Part shown: one piece after another, positions 53,579-63,953 of the stretch | Layout: each line of letters opens with the position of its first letter | How positions within the stretch are numbered: position 1 is the stretch's first letter | Source: Dehalococcoidia bacterium | GTDB lineage: Bacteria > Chloroflexota > Dehalococcoidia > Lucifugimonadales > GCA-2712585 | NCBI GenBank assembly: GCA_965238215.1 | Contig: OZ250180.1 | Span: 2,661,524 to 2,725,523, forward strand | Reading direction: 5' to 3' | Length of the DNA stretch: 64,000 bases | Position numbers and translations under genes: made by a program | Notes under the pieces: model-generated | Database searches by the model: none | Told to the model about the DNA's origin: nothing | What the model saw: only the letters and a program-made list of their open reading frames with translations

Positions 53579-54595
53579 TCAGCCATCCAAAAGGGAGTCA
53601 AACAGTTCTTGCCACTTGTCGGATCCGCTGTAGCTGGAACGGGAAACTATTATCCCGTTAGCGTCTAGGACCACGGCTGATGCCTGCACGGTTATCCGGT
53701 AATCGTTGTTCGCGTCACTATCGTAGACCGTCATTGACCAGGTGAAGCCGTTCGAATTACTCCATGACTCGATCTGTGAAGCGCTTTCCCCTGGGTCTTG
53801 GCCAATACCGATAACGTGAACGCGTCCCTCATATTCGGGGTATATCCCTGTGAGGCTCCGCAACGCGGAGCGACATTTGGGTCACCAGGTGGCGAAGTAG
53901 TAGAGGATGACCGGGCTGCCCCGCAAACTGGATAGCGAAATCTCCTCCCCGTCCACCGAGGTCAACGTGAAGCCCGGCCCTTGCTGTCCCACCCTGCTTC
54001 CCACCTCCACGGCCACGGGTTCCGGCGTAGGGGCCGGCGTGGGGGCCGGGGTTGGTGTAGGAGTAGGTGGCTCTGGCGTCGGGGTGGGAGGCGGCGGCGT
54101 GGCTACAGCCGTCGCCGCGGCTGTTGGCGCGGGCGCGGCGGGAGTCGCCTGCGGCGGCGCAGATGTGGATGCCGTTGGAGTGGCAGCAGGCGGTGCCGGC
54201 ACAACGGTCGAGCTTTCGGCTGGAGCAGGCGTTGGTCGGGATGCCGACACAACAGCCGTTGCCGCCGGCGCAGGTGTAGAAGTTGGCGCTGCTGCTGTAG
54301 GCGCAGCCTGCGTAGGTGCAGATGGGGAAGCGGTGGACGCGCTGGCTATCGGGGCCGAAGTCGGCGTTGCCGGGGGCGTTGTATCAGCAGCCGTAGTCGC
54401 CGGCGGGGTTGAAGTCGGAGGGGCGGGAGTGGGCGGAGGGGCAGTCTGAGTTGGCGGCGCGGTCGCGGCAGTTGGCTCAGAGGTAGCGTCAGTGTCTATG
54501 ACAGTAACGTCACCGCCGCAAGACGCGACGAAAACAGCCATCAGGAGGACGGCTGTCAGCAGAATCACGCTCAGGCTGCGGACATTCACATGCAT
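53579..54595 (-). CDS. TlpA/redoxin-like thioredoxin-fold lipoprotein with an in-frame UGA (probable selenocysteine, U-P-K-C active site)
   Basis: Track ORFs 53882..54595 and 53579..53863 are in the same frame, 7 codons apart. Read-through gives ...ILYYFATW-U-PKCRSALRSLTGIYPEYEGRVHVIGIG... It has lipobox FVASC and a ~155-aa P/T/A linker. A hairpin follows the UGA. Confidence 0.6.
53855..53884 (-). promoter_or_regulatory. UGA codon plus candidate bacterial SECIS hairpin
   Basis: The minus strand reads UGA CCCAAAUGUC GCUCCGC-GUU-GCGGAGC. This is a perfect 7-bp stem, and the apical loop starting G,U begins 17 nt after the UGA. The stem is extendable by UGU/ACA across a small internal loop. Confidence 0.5.
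54017..54484 (-). repeat. Low-complexity Pro/Thr/Ala-coding region
   Basis: It encodes TSEPTAATAPPTQTAPPPTPAPPTSTPPATT...[27 protein letters not shown]. It shares the [11 protein letters not shown] flavour with the 30130..30423 linker. Confidence 0.8.
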
Positions 54596-54698
54596 TACTA
54601 ACCTATCTACGCCTTATCAAACCAGTCAGATTCATAGAATTCTAGGATCTGTCCTTCCCGCCCGATAAGCTGCTCGACGAAGAAAAACCTCCCAAGAT

Positions 54699-55898
54699 TT
54701 ATTCCAGCATCCCCTCCTCTTCCAGGAAGGCCGCCAGGTTCGCAACGCCCTGACGAATGGTATCGTGGGTCAGGTGGCCATAGCACAGCCGCAGGTAGTT
54801 GTAGGCGTCCTGTCCGGGAGAAAAGTTGGTGCCGGGGCCGTATCCAATCTGCCGCTCCCTCGCCTTGGCCAGAACGGCGGCGGTGTTGGCGCCCTCCGGC
54901 AGCTTCAGCCAGAGATACAGACCGCCGTCCGGGTCGCTGCATTCCGCCCTGGAACCGAAGTATTCGCCCACGGCGGCTACGGCCGTGTCCTTCCTTGAAC
55001 GGAAGATTTCTCGCAACTCCTGAACGTGTTCATCCAGATGGTCCTGTAGATAGTACAGGGTGGCGAGGGCCGAAAATTGGCTGGGCGTAGCCCCCAGGTG
55101 TATGGCCTTCACCGCGTCGATGATCGACGGCGGCGCGGCCATGAATCCTAACCTCATGCCAGGCGCGACTATCTTCGAGAAGGAGCCACAGTAGAGCACC
55201 GAGCCTTCCTGGTCCAACGACTGGATCGCCGGAGAGTTTTCCCCGTCGAAGCGCAGGTCCGCGTAGCAGTCGTCCTCGAAGATCGGGAGGCGGTGTCGTT
55301 GGGCAACGTCCAGCACGTCCTGTCGTCGTCCAAGGCTCATGTCGGTGCCCGTGGGGTTCTGGAAGGTGGGGATAGTGTACAGAAACTTCGCCCTCTGACC
55401 CCGGTCTCGCAGGCTGGCGAGGATGTCGTCCAATGCGCTGGGGATTATCCCCTCTTCGTCCACGTCGACACCCACGAGCCGAGCGCCGTGGCGTCGCATG
55501 ATTCCCATGGTGCCGGAGTAGCTGAACTTCTCCGTGAGAATGATGTCGCCGGGATCAGTAAGAAGCTCCACGTATCGCGCCACGGCCTGGCCGGAGCCGG
55601 TGGTGAGCAAAATCTGGTCGGGCGATACGTTCATCCCCCGCTCCTGCTCCAGCTTCTGCGCGATGAACTCCCGCATGGCGGGGTGCCCTTGGGGATGGGG
55701 GTAATAGACCAGGTCCTTGCCTTCATCCTTCAGGGCGCGGCCCAGAGCCTCCAAGAGGCCGTCGGCGGGGAAAGAGTCCGGGTCCGGAAACGCCGTGGTG
55801 AAGTCGAAAGCGACGCGCCCCCCGCCGGGAGCGGCCTTGGGCGCAGGCGGAATCCCCCGGGCGATTCGGTCCGAAAAGTCGAAGGTATTTGCAGTCAT
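54699..55898 (-). CDS. PLP-dependent aminotransferase, class I/II fold
   Basis: The 399-aa ORF has the PLP-lysine motif CGSFSKIVAPGMRLGF and also IPTFQNPTG. Confidence 0.85.
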   Translation of the reverse strand: MTANTFDFSDRIARGIPPAPKAAPGGGRVAFDFTTAFPDPDSFPADGLLEALGRALKDEGKDLVYYPHPQGHPAMREFIAQKLEQERGMNVSPDQILLTTGSGQAVARYVELLTDPGDIILTEKFSYSGTMGIMRRHGARLVGVDVDEEGIIPSALDDILASLRDRGQRAKFLYTIPTFQNPTGTDMSLGRRQDVLDVAQRHRLPIFEDDCYADLRFDGENSPAIQSLDQEGSVLYCGSFSKIVAPGMRLGFMAAPPSIIDAVKAIHLGATPSQFSALATLYYLQDHLDEHVQELREIFRSRKDTAVAAVGEYFGSRAECSDPDGGLYLWLKLPEGANTAAVLAKARERQIGYGPGTNFSPGQDAYNYLRLCYGHLTHDTIRQGVANLAAFLEEEGMLE

Positions 55899-55992
55899 GG
55901 ACCCTCCAGAAAAGTGCTAAAACAACGCCGCAAGTATATCACCCCACCCACCCAAGGGCTAGCCGAATGTTGGAGTGGAAGAAGGATAAAGC

Positions 55993-56020
55993 TTGACACG
56001 ACTTAACCATATTATATAAT
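55993..56020 (+). promoter_or_regulatory. Near-consensus sigma70 promoter at the left edge of the low-G+C islet
   Basis: TTGACA (55993..55998), a 16-nt spacer, TATAAT (56015..56020). Confidence 0.5.
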
Positions 56021-56044
56021 GGCCAGTAGCCATACATTATAGCA

Positions 56045-56329
56045 ATGTACGCAGTATTACAACGATATAGACTGGATTTACATATGCAGAATACGATAGA
56101 GACAAGGCCACAGAAATTTACAAGGCTTGCTGAACAGCGGGTAAACAGTATTTTGGATAAAATACGTCTATTGGGACAGTTATCCAACCGCAGCAACTAT
56201 GAATATACCGATGCTCAAGTAGAAATGATCTTCAAGGCCATACAAAAGGACCTGAGCGCCGTTAAGTTGAAGTTTAGAGAGGGTTCCAATGGCCGGAAAC
56301 GCTTCTCTCTGAATGAAATGACGGATTAG
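56045..56329 (+). CDS. Hypothetical small protein, first gene of the islet
   Basis: The ORF is 94 aa, or 81 aa from ATG 56084 (MQNTIETRPQKFTRLAEQRVNSILDKIRLLGQLSNRSNYEYTDAQVEMIFKAIQKDLSAVKLKF...). It looks helical and I recognise no motif. Confidence 0.4.
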   Translation: MYAVLQRYRLDLHMQNTIETRPQKFTRLAEQRVNSILDKIRLLGQLSNRSNYEYTDAQVEMIFKAIQKDLSAVKLKFREGSNGRKRFSLNEMTD

Positions 56330-56384
56330 ACCGCTCTGGCTTGAACCCATATCTGCGATGTTGAACCTGATTTAGGAGTGCGCT

Positions 56385-58764
56385 ATGCCTGACGCGGGAC
56401 TCTCTCCACAAAAGCTCTGCATGGATCTTTTGCATGCCGATACAGAGGAAACAGTTATTGACCTCCTCAAACAAGCAGGTTACTGGGACAACCCAAAAGC
56501 TTGGCGGCCCTTCGGTGACAAAGAGGACAACTTCTCTACCATAGGCAATCAGGCTAGGACACCAGAGGGTGCTCTGGTCGAAAAGCTGGTTAACTCCGTC
56601 GACGCCGTCTTGATGGGAGAATGTTGGTCAAGAGGAATTCGCCCCAACTCTAACCAAGCGCCAGGAAGCATCTAAGGATGCGGTAGCACAATTCTTTGGT
56701 GACGGTTCAAGACCAGAAACCCAGGGAGACCTTAGCTCGTGGCCTGACAAAAAACTGCGTAAGGTTTCCAATTTGATTACAGTAGCAACTACCGGTACGA
56801 GGGGAAATCCCAGCATTACAGTTGTAGATGCGGGAGAAGGACAAAGACCAAGGGATTTACCTGATACTATCCTCTCCTTGGACAAGCAGAACAAGATAGA
56901 TATTCATTTTGTGCAGGGTACTTTCAATATGGGAGGCACGGCTGCACTGCGATTTTGTGGAGAGCGAAATTTGCAACTCGTAATTAGCAAGCGGAACCCA
57001 AACATCGAATCTGATCGGGACAAGGACTCTTCCGCAGATCAATGGGGATTTACGATAATTCGCAGGAAAGACCCATCAAGCAACAGAAAGATGTCTACGT
57101 ACAAATATCTTGCTCCAGAGAAAAATGCCGTCTTACGGTTCCATGCCGCGTCTCTGCCGCTATTCCCTGTATTCAATAGGGCCTATGCTCGCCCTACAGA
57201 GTGGGGAACGGCAATCAAGCTTTATGAGTACAAGCTGGACGGCAGGAGCCATGTCCTTCTCAGAGGTGGTCTCTTGAGACGTCTGGACATTCTCTTACCA
57301 AGTATAGCTTTGCCCGTAAGGCTCCACGAATGTAGGAGCTTCAAGGGACGATCCGCCAGTTTCGATAATAGCTTAACTGGGCTAAGGGTGAGACTAAGTA
57401 ATGAACGCAATTTGGAATCCGGATTCCCCAAAAGCGGCAGCATGGTAATTAATGAGCAAAGGATGTTCATAGAAATTTACGCCTTCAAAAAGGGAGGAGC
57501 AGCTACCTATATGAAACCAACTGAAGGCATCATATTTGCTGTCAACGGACAAACTCAAGGGAAGCGACATAGAAAGTTTTTCAGTAGACGATCAGTGGGT
57601 ATGAATCGACTTGAGGATTCAATACTGGTGGTCGTCGATTGCAGCCTCATAAACGGTCGGCATAGAGAAGACTTGTTCATCAACGACAGAGACGGTATGG
57701 CGGAAGGGCCATTTCTGAAGGCGATAGAGCGAGAGTTAGAACTAATCTTGAAAGGCCATCAAGGATTGAGGGACCTACGAGAGAAACGCCGTAGCGACGA
57801 CATAGCATCAAAACTAGAGGATTCGAAACCATTCAAAGATCTGCTAGGGGACGTGATCCGTAAGTTTCCAGTATTGACATCGCTATTTGGAGATGGCGGA
57901 CCTTTATCCAATCCGGTTAGACCAGAAGAGGTAAAGCCCAAGATAGAGTTCATGGGGAGATCCCATCCCACCATCTTTTACTTCCGCAACAAGAACTATG
58001 GTGAGAAGCTGTATAGAACTACCCCCTTAAACATGCGTAGCAGGATCATTTTTGAGACTGACGTGGCAGATGACTATTTTACTCGTGGAAGATATCGCGG
58101 AGAGTCCACACTTCACCGACTGAATGATCCTCCCAAGAATGGAGCACTTCCTAAGCATGGACTCAATCTGGATAACGGCGTTGCTACACTGAATCTCGCA
58201 TTGCCTCAACACCCGAAAGTTGGTGACACATATGAATACGAATTCAGAGTAAGCGATGATACATTACTGGAGCCCTTTGTTAACTATTTCTCAGTGTCGG
58301 TGGGGCCTTTGCAAAAGAAGCGCCCTCATCCCCCGGTGCCACCCCCGAGCTTAGCTGTTCCTAATGCGATACCAGTGTACAAATCAAATTGGAAGGATTA
58401 TGGCTTTGACGAGTACTCAGCCTTGAAGGCTATCTATGACCCATCCGATGATGGGTCAACTGGTTCGCACACCTATTACATAAACATGGACAACTTCTTC
58501 CTAAGGACTGAACTAAAGTCGGCTAAATCGAATGTTGAAATCTTGAAGGCCAAATGGTTATACGCAATGGCACTCATAGCTATGGCTTTGCTACGTGACG
58601 ATAAAGCCAATAGTTCTTCTAACGGAAATAGACGGAAAGAACAGGGCCATGATGGAGATCTATCACCTGAAGAGAAAGCGTTTGGAGCAACGAAAGCCAT
58701 CGCACCTGTACTCTTGCCAATGATCCAGCACCTAGGTGGGTTATCGGATGAAAATATCAGTTGA
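56385..58764 (+). pseudogene. GHKL (Bergerat-fold, MORC/paraMORC-like) ATPase of about 790 aa, interrupted by a 1-nt frameshift near 56670-56675
   Basis: ORF 56385..56675 carries the N-box (EKLVNSVDA). ORF 56773..58764 carries G1 (ITVVDAGEGQ) and G2 (GTFNMGGTAAL). The second frame is open back to 56614 and reads ...KDAVAQFFGDGSRPETQGDLSSWPDKKLRKVSNLITVATTG. SD AGGAG lies 7 nt before ATG 56385. It could instead be a sequencing error in an intact gene. Confidence 0.65.
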
Positions 58765-58782
58765 GGAAGCTAAGAAAGCAAA

Positions 58783-59958
58783 TCAAACGATGGGCCGATG
58801 AACTAGTAAAATTTCCTTGCTGGCGGAATTTTCGGGGATTGGGTGGGTATACCACCGCCTATTCGGTACAGAGCGTACTAGACGAGATTGAATTGGACCG
58901 TCAGAGGTTTCTTCGAATCCGGCATCCGTCATCGTCTCCAAATACTTTGGCAACTGCACGGCGGGGTCACGGAAAGACACAAGCTGTACAACCTTAGCAT
59001 CGGCAGCGACTATGCTCCTTATGTTCTTGAAGGCAGAAGATAAGTTGCTGAAATAGTTGCTCATTCCTAATGCGGAGCGCCCCCCCATGGTATAAAACGA
59101 TTCTCCGTGGCCGTCGCGTAGCTCGCCGAGCCAGTAAGGAGCTGGTGTCTCCCGTCTTCCAAGAACCTGCCACCTATGATAGAGAACGTGCACCCCGGGA
59201 TATGGCGGAGATGTAAGGACCAACTTGGGTCTAATCTGGTGTCTTCGCAGATGGAAGGTTAGGAGTCCATTAGACGCGGAGAGGCGGAGGATTTGCCGTC
59301 CACTTGTTATTTTGTTCTTGCGAATTCCCCTCGACCTTGCCGCACCAACAAAAGCATTCAATCCCGCTATCATCTTCTCTACGGTAATTCGAAGTTGGTC
59401 ACTGAGTTCCTTCGAGTCGGGTACGGATTTGCGCGCATCTAGAGCCCACTGTCCGACCCCAATTAAGGCGCATCGCGCAAATTGGCGACGCCGCGGAAAT
59501 CGCAGGTTTCTAGCCAATCTTATCGCCGAATCAAAGAACGGGAATAATTGGATTGGCATGTTCCGGACAGGAGATCCGGAACGCGGGTAGAATTCTGGCA
59601 ACTCGTAGTCAAAACTGCAAACTTGGCGAACCCAGCCTCGAACCTCGTCCACATCCTGGGGGCTTAATGGGGTGGTCTTGACTCTTGTAACAAACTGAGC
59701 CAGTTCGTTTATGTCTGAGCCAATAACACGCCGTCCAGAAGCTGCAGCTTCTACAATTGTGGTCCCTCCACCCATAAAAGGGTCGAAGACGAAGTCCCCT
59801 GGCTTTGTAAAGTAATCCAGAACGAAACGAACAAAGCGTGGACTAAACCGTGCTGGGTATTTGTAGAAATTGTGAGTGAAGCCTTCCACTCTCTTAGTGG
59901 AGTGGAAGGCTTCACCAAATTGCATATCTTTAAGCCCCAAGTCTCCAAGTGTCAACAA
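58783..59958 (-). CDS. DNA methyltransferase (N4-cytosine or N6-adenine) with SPPY catalytic motif
   Basis: The 391-aa ORF has an AdoMet motif FVFDPFMGGGTTIVEAAASGRRVIGSDIN near the N-terminus. The catalytic motif LVLTSPPYPG lies ~190 aa later, an alpha-like order with an intervening target-recognition region. It is convergent with the ATPase gene, with an 18-nt gap. Confidence 0.85.
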   Translation of the reverse strand: MLTLGDLGLKDMQFGEAFHSTKRVEGFTHNFYKYPARFSPRFVRFVLDYFTKPGDFVFDPFMGGGTTIVEAAASGRRVIGSDINELAQFVTRVKTTPLSPQDVDEVRGWVRQVCSFDYELPEFYPRSGSPVRNMPIQLFPFFDSAIRLARNLRFPRRRQFARCALIGVGQWALDARKSVPDSKELSDQLRITVEKMIAGLNAFVGAARSRGIRKNKITSGRQILRLSASNGLLTFHLRRHQIRPKLVLTSPPYPGVHVLYHRWQVLGRRETPAPYWLGELRDGHGESFYTMGGRSALGMSNYFSNLSSAFKNIRSIVAADAKVVQLVSFRDPAVQLPKYLETMTDAGFEETSDGPIQSRLVRSVPNRRWYTHPIPENSASKEILLVHRPIV

Positions 59959-60016
59959 GATGCGTAATTGTTAGAGCTAGGGCAGTCAGTTGTCAAGCAT
60001 TTTTGCCCCTCGCCCT

Positions 60017-60045
60017 TTGCCCGCCCTTGGGGGTTGTGCTATACT
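60017..60045 (+). promoter_or_regulatory. Candidate rpsB promoter with extended -10
   Basis: TTGCCC (60017..60022), a 17-nt spacer ending in TGC, then TATACT (60040..60045). Confidence 0.4.
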
Positions 60046-60114
60046 CCAATGCGGAGTTTTCCGCTCCTTTCACATCCCCAATTACACTCTATAGAAGGAA
60101 CAAGGATAGCGTTC

Positions 60115-60981
60115 ATGGTTCAACAAGTGCAGAATCAGACGATGCAGCAGCGCCCGCCCGTCACTATGAAGTCTCTCTTGGAGGCAGGGGTCCACTTCGG
60201 GCATCAGACCCGACGCTGGAACCCCCGTATGAAGCCCTTCATTTTCACCCAGCGCAACGGCATCCACATCATCGACCTCCAGAAGAGCCTGCGATACATG
60301 GAAAGGGCCATGAACGCCGTGCGCGACATCGTGGCCGATGGCGGCGAGATTCTGTTCGTCGGCACCAAGAAGCAGGCGCAGGAGTCCATCGCCGAACAGG
60401 CCACACGCTGCGAGATGCCCTATGTCAACCAGCGCTGGCTGGGCGGCACCATGACCAACTTCACCACCATCCGCAAGCGCATCGACTTCATGCTAGAACT
60501 GGAAGCCAAGAAAGAACAGGGCTATTTCGATAACATGATCAAGAAGGAGGCGCTCAAGCTGGAAGAGAAGCTCAAGCGCCTGCAGAAGTATTTCGGCGGG
60601 GTCCGAAACTTGACCAAGCTCCCCGACGCCCTCTTCGTGGTGGACATGCCCAAAGAGAACATCTGCATAGCGGAGGCGCGGAAGCTTGGCATAACCCTGG
60701 TGTCGATAATCGACTCGGACTGCGACCCGGAACTCATCGACTTTCGTATCCCGGGTAACGACGACGCCATCAGATCCATCCGGCTCATTACCACTCGAAT
60801 GGCCGACGGCGTAGTCGAGGGCCTCGCCATGAGACGCGCCATTGAGGAAGAGCGGCTGCGAGAGGAACAGGAATTGGCCGACGGCGAGGAGACCGACGAC
60901 GTCGAGATTGACGTTGACGTTGCGGAGCTAGAAGCGGCGATGAAGGCGGCCCCCACCGCCGCCGCGCCGGTAACTAACTAG
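60115..60981 (+). CDS. rpsB: 30S ribosomal protein S2
   Basis: From ATG 60115 (AAGGA lies 8 nt upstream) the ORF reads ...[40 protein letters not shown]. It has an acidic C-terminal tail. Confidence 0.95.
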   Translation: MVQQVQNQTMQQRPPVTMKSLLEAGVHFGHQTRRWNPRMKPFIFTQRNGIHIIDLQKSLRYMERAMNAVRDIVADGGEILFVGTKKQAQESIAEQATRCEMPYVNQRWLGGTMTNFTTIRKRIDFMLELEAKKEQGYFDNMIKKEALKLEEKLKRLQKYFGGVRNLTKLPDALFVVDMPKENICIAEARKLGITLVSIIDSDCDPELIDFRIPGNDDAIRSIRLITTRMADGVVEGLAMRRAIEEERLREEQELADGEETDDVEIDVDVAELEAAMKAAPTAAAPVTN

Positions 60982-61004
60982 ACAGAATTTCAGAGTTTTA
61001 GGAG

Positions 61005-62837
<1,833 letters not shown>

Positions 62838-62898
62838 ATAGTCTCACGAACGGCGGGAGCAATCGTCCAGTGCTGGAAAGCCGGATCTAACATTTTCC

Positions 62899-63621
62899 AT
62901 GATTGACAATGGCGTAGGCACAGGCGAATTTCCCAGACACGTAGCCATCATCATGGACGGCAACGGTCGATGGGCGGAAGACCGCGGCCTCCCCCGAATA
63001 GAAGGCCATCGCGCCGGTGTGGAGAAGATCCGCTCAGTTCTAGATATTCTCGCCCGTTACGGCGTCAAGTTCGTCACTCTCTACGCCTTCTCCACGGAGA
63101 ACTGGAGCCGCCCCGACGACGAAGTCGCCGGCATCATGGCCATTCTCCGCCAGGTCATTCAAGATGAAACCCCGGGACTGCACGAGCAGGGAGTTCGTCT
63201 GGTGCATCTTGGCCGCCGCGATCGCCTGCACCCGGACCTTCAGGAAGCGGTTTCTCATGTCCAGGAGTTGACGCAGCATAACGTCGGAGTCACGCTCAGC
63301 GTGGCCTTCGACTATGGCGGACGCAGCGAAATCGTCCAAGCGGTGCGGGAGATCATCCGCAGAGGCGTCAAGGCTGAAGAGGTCGACGAAGAGATGCTCA
63401 GCCGGTATCTCTACACCAGGGATATCCCGGACCCGGACCTGATAATCAGGACCGGCGGCGAGTACCGCCTGAGCAACTTCCTCCTCTGGCAGTCGGCCTA
63501 CAGCGAGTTCTACACCACCCCGGTGCCCTGGCCTGAGTTGGGCCCCGAGCACATGGAGGAAGCCATACAAGCCTATAGCCGGCGAAAGAGAAAATTCGGC
63601 GCACTAAAGTCCGACGGCTAA
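62899..63621 (+). CDS. uppS: Isoprenyl transferase (undecaprenyl diphosphate synthase family)
   Basis: The ORF reads PRHVAIIMDGNGRWA...GH..G...VTLYAFSTENWSRP...IRTGGEYRLSNFLLWQSAYSEFY. Confidence 0.95.
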   Translation: MIDNGVGTGEFPRHVAIIMDGNGRWAEDRGLPRIEGHRAGVEKIRSVLDILARYGVKFVTLYAFSTENWSRPDDEVAGIMAILRQVIQDETPGLHEQGVRLVHLGRRDRLHPDLQEAVSHVQELTQHNVGVTLSVAFDYGGRSEIVQAVREIIRRGVKAEEVDEEMLSRYLYTRDIPDPDLIIRTGGEYRLSNFLLWQSAYSEFYTTPVPWPELGPEHMEEAIQAYSRRKRKFGALKSDG

Positions 63622-63711
63622 TATGTTGCGCCGCAGGCTTCCGCTCTCCCCCCCGTTATCACCATGAAAATACACCGACCCCATGCTGTTGAAGCCAACA
63701 TTGTTGACAAC

Positions 63712-63843
63712 CCGTAGGGGCGGTTCGGGAACCGCCCACCCGTCGCCCACCCGCAATCTTGCTCAACACCACCCATCATTCCCGCACTCCCTCGTTTTTC
63801 CCGCGAAGAGCCTGCCCTCGTGAAGACGGGGGCGGGAATCCAC
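63712..63843. repeat. REP-like palindromic elements in the uppS-cdsA spacer
   Basis: CGTAGGGGCGGTTCGGGAACCGCCCACC lies at 63712..63740 (hairpin GGGCGGTTC-GGG-AACCGCCC). TTTTTCCCGCGAAG-[21 nt]-GCGGGAATCCA lies at 63795..63843 and is a longer variant of the element at 31613..31637. Confidence 0.7.
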
Positions 63844-63953
63844 CTCACTCACCCTGCAATCCCTCTGATGCTTTCATCGAACTACCTTACACTTACAATT
63901 CCGAACGTCGCAGAGCGCGATGCAGCATCTGAAGGAGCGCAACGGCTAATACC

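Noticed and set aside
56667-56676. A programmed +1 frameshift in the GHKL ATPase gene, by analogy with prfB
   Set aside because: There is no slippery P-site codon (AUC to UCU re-pairing is poor) and no upstream SD-like stimulator at the right spacing. A mutation or an assembly error is more parsimonious.
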